This document shows positions 50,756 to 64,000 of a stretch of 64,000 bases of DNA, piece by piece. Under the pieces are notes generated by a model. The model saw nothing but the letters and a program-made list of their open reading frames with translations. It was not told where the DNA came from and searched no databases. A program made the position numbers and the translations under genes. The stretch lies in NCBI RefSeq assembly GCF_032062105.1, contig NW_026931824.1, positions 310,001 to 374,000 of the forward strand. Direction: 5' to 3'. Position 1 is the stretch's first letter, and every line of letters begins with the position of its first letter. The DNA is from Saccostrea cucullata (lineage: Eukaryota).

Positions 50756-51120
50756 TGTACATGTATCAGAGACATATAAAACCATGTCTCTGCTATTTTA
50801 CTAAAACTTAACATGACTTAACAAGAAAAACATTTCGAATCTACAAGTTGATAATTATAGGATTTCTAAATTTGGAGGAAATGAGGCCCCTGAGGACTCT
50901 CATTTCTTTTTGGATAATTTTTTCAAGGTGCATGTTTTTTGTTTTGTTTTATTTTGTAATTAACAAATTAATTATTTATCTATTCGTATTGCATATTTAT
51001 TTATTTATTGTTTGTTTGTTTGAGCTATGCAATAAAAAATCGAAGAATTTTTCGTACAATTTCCCAAAACTTTTGCGCATGTGCATTGAATAAAAAATAA
51101 TGTACACATCCGGCATGTGA

Positions 51121-60359
<9,239 letters not shown>

Positions 60360-61851
60360 CTGGGGTCAAAACTTACCAAGGAGGAGGCGTAATCTGTGCA
60401 TATTGAACTGTGTGTTTGTAGGTAAACATGTATTATTAGTCGTGATTGTGACACAGGTTGTATGGCAATCAGAGTGAATGATATGAGAGGACCAATGTAA
60501 ATACACGTATTCATTTTTGTGTGTATTTGTTACTTGTGATAAAGAGTGTAATTGTCTTTGTACATATTTGAATGATTGTTACTTAGGTTGATGAAGACTG
60601 ATGCAAGCATGCTATTGGTTGTAATTTAGTTTACCTACTGTGTAGAAGTTAAGAGTTTAATTTACTTGTATGATTTTGTTTTAAATTGTTGACCAATGAA
60701 AGGAAACCATATGCTTAGTTTACCTAGGTGTATCAAGCAGTATTTTAAGATAAATCAAAATAAAATCAAAGACATTAGGGTTTGTAACCTTGGCTGAATT
60801 CTTTGTTGTATTTAGTATAGGTAAAAATTATTTGTCATGTTAAAATTTGCCATCATCACTAGAATTAGAATTTTTGTCACCCAAACACCCTATTAGGGCC
60901 CAGTATTAAATTGAGGATACATGTACTATATTAGATAAAGGTAAGACCTTAAATGTCAAGGTTAAATGATTCAACTGATTTTCTTTTACACTGAATCTAG
61001 TAACATTAAAATTACATTATCATGGTTGACTTGCCAGTTGGTCTAAATGGTTTATTTTTTCAAATGGATTAGGCATGCATTTAGAAATTGCTGTTCTTTT
61101 TCTTCATGGTATGATTACTGATTGAGTCTTCAGATTAATACAATTTACTAATGAGAGCAGTATCCCTTAGATTAAATAGTGATTGTTTCCTGATTGGAAT
61201 ATGTGTTTATTTTGTCACTGCCCAGAGCCATTACTTAAGGACTTTTTTTATGACTTGCTGAATATGATTTAATAATTTCCAGTGCATTAATTCACACTTT
61301 ATACTTTTATTATACAATGTGTATTTTGATAAGTTCATCTGATTGCATTTTGAACAAGTTTTTTTGCACAATATTTCATGTTTTATTTTTAGAAGTATCT
61401 GGTTGTACAAAATATCTAGTTGTATAGATTTATTGATAGACTTAGCTAAATACAATTTTTATCACTTTTTGAATGTGCTTTCTTTTCCCTCATTGAGCTT
61501 TTGGTACAAAGCTGACACCTTACATTCTCATATTCCTCCAGTGTTGGAGATAATGATATAAACTTCTCTCTTTTTTGATACATGTACATACTGCATTAAG
61601 TCATCAAACCTTGCAAAGAGGTTCAACTTCGGCAGACTCCAGCATAATTATAATGAAGATTACACCAGTTTATCTTTATCCATTTGTGTATTGTTATGAA
61701 ACATATGTCACATTTTTGCATGCAACCAAATGAAACGATTTCTTTGATAAACTGAGCATGCTTGGCACTTTTGCTCAAGAATAAATGTCATATTGCAAAA
61801 CAAATATCCATAGAAATAAATAACAGAACATATAGTAATTAAGTCCATAGG

Positions 61852-63978
61852 TCATTTCCGTCCCTTCTTCCTCAGTGATTGACCAGTACCAGAAAACGCT
61901 TCAAATGATTTTTCATCCTAGAAAGAAAATCATAAAAATAAATGTATCATGAGTTATACATGACCATTTAAAATGATGGTGATTTCAAAAAAACTTCCAG
62001 TTTGATTGTTCAAACATGCCCAAATTGAGCTAAATCATATATTTTTCAGACTGATCACAAAAAAGGAAACTGAAATTTTAATCCTCTGTGTAAGAAAACA
62101 AACCTCTGTAGCTTCATTGTTGGTCTGTCTCTGAGTTCTTATGAACTTAATGGTTCCCTTTTTATAGCCATAGTCTGGAATCCCTCTACAAAATGTCCCA
62201 AAAACATCATCAGTATGCTTCTTCTAATTAGAATACAAAAGACTAAAAACCTACAAATCACTCGAAATAATGGCATCCCTCTGTGCCTCTGAGCAAACAT
62301 TTCAGTTGGTGAATGTTTGTTGGTTTTGATGCTGGGAGCAAGGAAATGATGACCTGCTTTAATCACTCGGTCACTTTACAGGACTGGAGAGGAAATAAAT
62401 TAAAATTCATATATTCAATGTATGTAAGTGAAGGAGACTGACCTCTTTTGGACTGCATTTGTAGTTTCTATTGGAGATGGCTCTGTGCCTTTCTTTTTCC
62501 CGTCTAGTCTATTCCCAGCACCACTGAAAACCTGTAATTAAATGAAGAGTATATTAAATTCTGCACATTTCAAAAGATATCCATAGTGAAAAATACTTCA
62601 AGGGAGGCAATTCTTACTTTAAATGAGGAATCTTCAATATCCATGTTATCCTGTTCAATAAAATTTAAAGAAAATCAAGAATGTGCAAGAATACATATAA
62701 TGAATATATTCCCGAGACAGCTTATTAAAATACTAGGTTAAATTTAAAATTTTGCTAATACAGGTAAATGTACATTATGAACTGCAATGCATTAAACACA
62801 ATTGAATTATGAAATATACCTACCACTTCAGCGGATGCCATCTCCTCCTCTCCTTGTGCTTTCTTCCATGACTCAGGTTCTTTGTATCCCACAGGTGGAG
62901 CAAAGTCAACCTACATGTACAGATCTCACGTTAATGAGCATCAAAGGTCCTCAAATTATTGAAATTATCTTAAGATACTTGTGTCTATTATGTGTCAAGG
63001 ATCCTTGTTAATAGTAACTACATGTACTGATCATCTTCAAAATCTATCAAAAAATAAGTAAAGTCACCATTACCAGCAAGGATCCCCGGTCAGTACTCTT
63101 ACTAACCTTGAGGAATATTTAAGGTTCCTAACACATTAATTACAAAAATCAAGAGTCATCAATACATTATTACAGAACATTCTTCAAAGGTCCACAATTT
63201 AACTCGGCAAAATGAGTATCTTAGGTCCTAGTAACTTTATGATGATACTGATATCATTTGCCACAATGTAATCAAGATATAAGAAGAAAGAGGGACATTA
63301 ATATCTTCTGTAAAACAGTAAGTAAATTAATCATTATTTAAATTCATATGCATTATAGTCTATTTCAGCAAAATCCCCACAGGATGTAAATAAACACATG
63401 CATTAAAAGCAGAGACAAAGTTTGAATAATAGGTATTAAACAAAAGTGACACAGTTTTAAACAATAAAATACTTTCTTTTGTTGTTAGTATGGGAATGAA
63501 TGTCGCAGCTGTTGCAGACAAAATACATAACTTCTGCAATTGCTGCAACATTCATCCCGTACTAACAATCAAAGAAAGATATTTCATTGTTTATATTTAT
63601 ATCTGTTTAAAGAATCATTTAAAGTAGGATTAAAAAGATTAATTGTATTAATGATACAAACGTCTTTGTATGTTTCATTAATGGAACAGCCGCTGATCAA
63701 GAAATCTGTACATGTGACATGTCTAGTGTATTTCATGCACTGATTAATGCAATGGGTTTTCTCAAGAAATAAAGGAGGAAAAATATTCAGTGGATATAAA
63801 TATTTTAAAATTAAACAAGTTACATGAACATGTGAAAACAACACCAACATCTAAAAATCAAACTCCCTGTCTGTTATCTCATGATAACTAGAAATAGCTG
63901 TATTCTTACATTCATATCACACTCAATGATAGATACTGCCCTGTCTGGTTTAGTCTCCAGCACCAACATATCATAATT
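61852..63978 (-). CDS. UFD1: Ubiquitin recognition factor in ER-associated degradation protein 1, 3' exons (5' part beyond the window)
   Basis: Minus-strand exons 63910-63978 (NYDMLVLETKPDRAVSIIECDMN), ~62824-62910 (VDFAPPVGYKEPE...), ~62617-62649 (DNMDIEDSSFK), ~62443-62531 (VFSGAGNRLDGKKKG), ~62104-62185 (GIPDYGYKKGTIKFIR), 61852-61917 (FEAFSGTGQSLRKKGRK*). Both SHP boxes are present. Confidence 0.93.
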
Positions 63979-64000
63979 CTGTAAACAAATAATTTAGCGT

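Overview
AT-rich, intron-rich animal genomic DNA. The repeat content (Helentron-type elements carrying 155-170 bp satellites, a Penelope-like retroelement, many MITEs) points to a bivalve, probably an oyster; this is inference. Gene order: (1) the 3' five exons of an uncharacterised + strand gene (1598-9413); (2) two tandem, intronless paralogous ORFs with an N-terminal CARD/death-fold-like domain and a TPR-like helical core (13165-14592, 15904-17400); (3) a 17-exon secreted GH81 endo-beta-1,3-glucanase, a family unusual in animals, with two tandem ~100-aa four-cysteine modules and a Thr/Pro/His linker inserted in it (18091-27463); (4) an 8-exon CARD-prodomain initiator caspase (32422-44655); (5) a 16-exon Chk2 kinase (51121-60359); (6) the 3' part of UFD1 on the minus strand (61852-63978). 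Introns and spacers hold nested non-autonomous transposons with readable TIRs and TSDs, including a Transib-like element ending in CACAGTG. The best candidate for an undescribed system is the CARD-TPR pair next to the modified GH81 and the CARD caspase, possibly an innate-immune/cell-death module. That functional link is inference only. All exon structures were spliced by hand and no searches were run.
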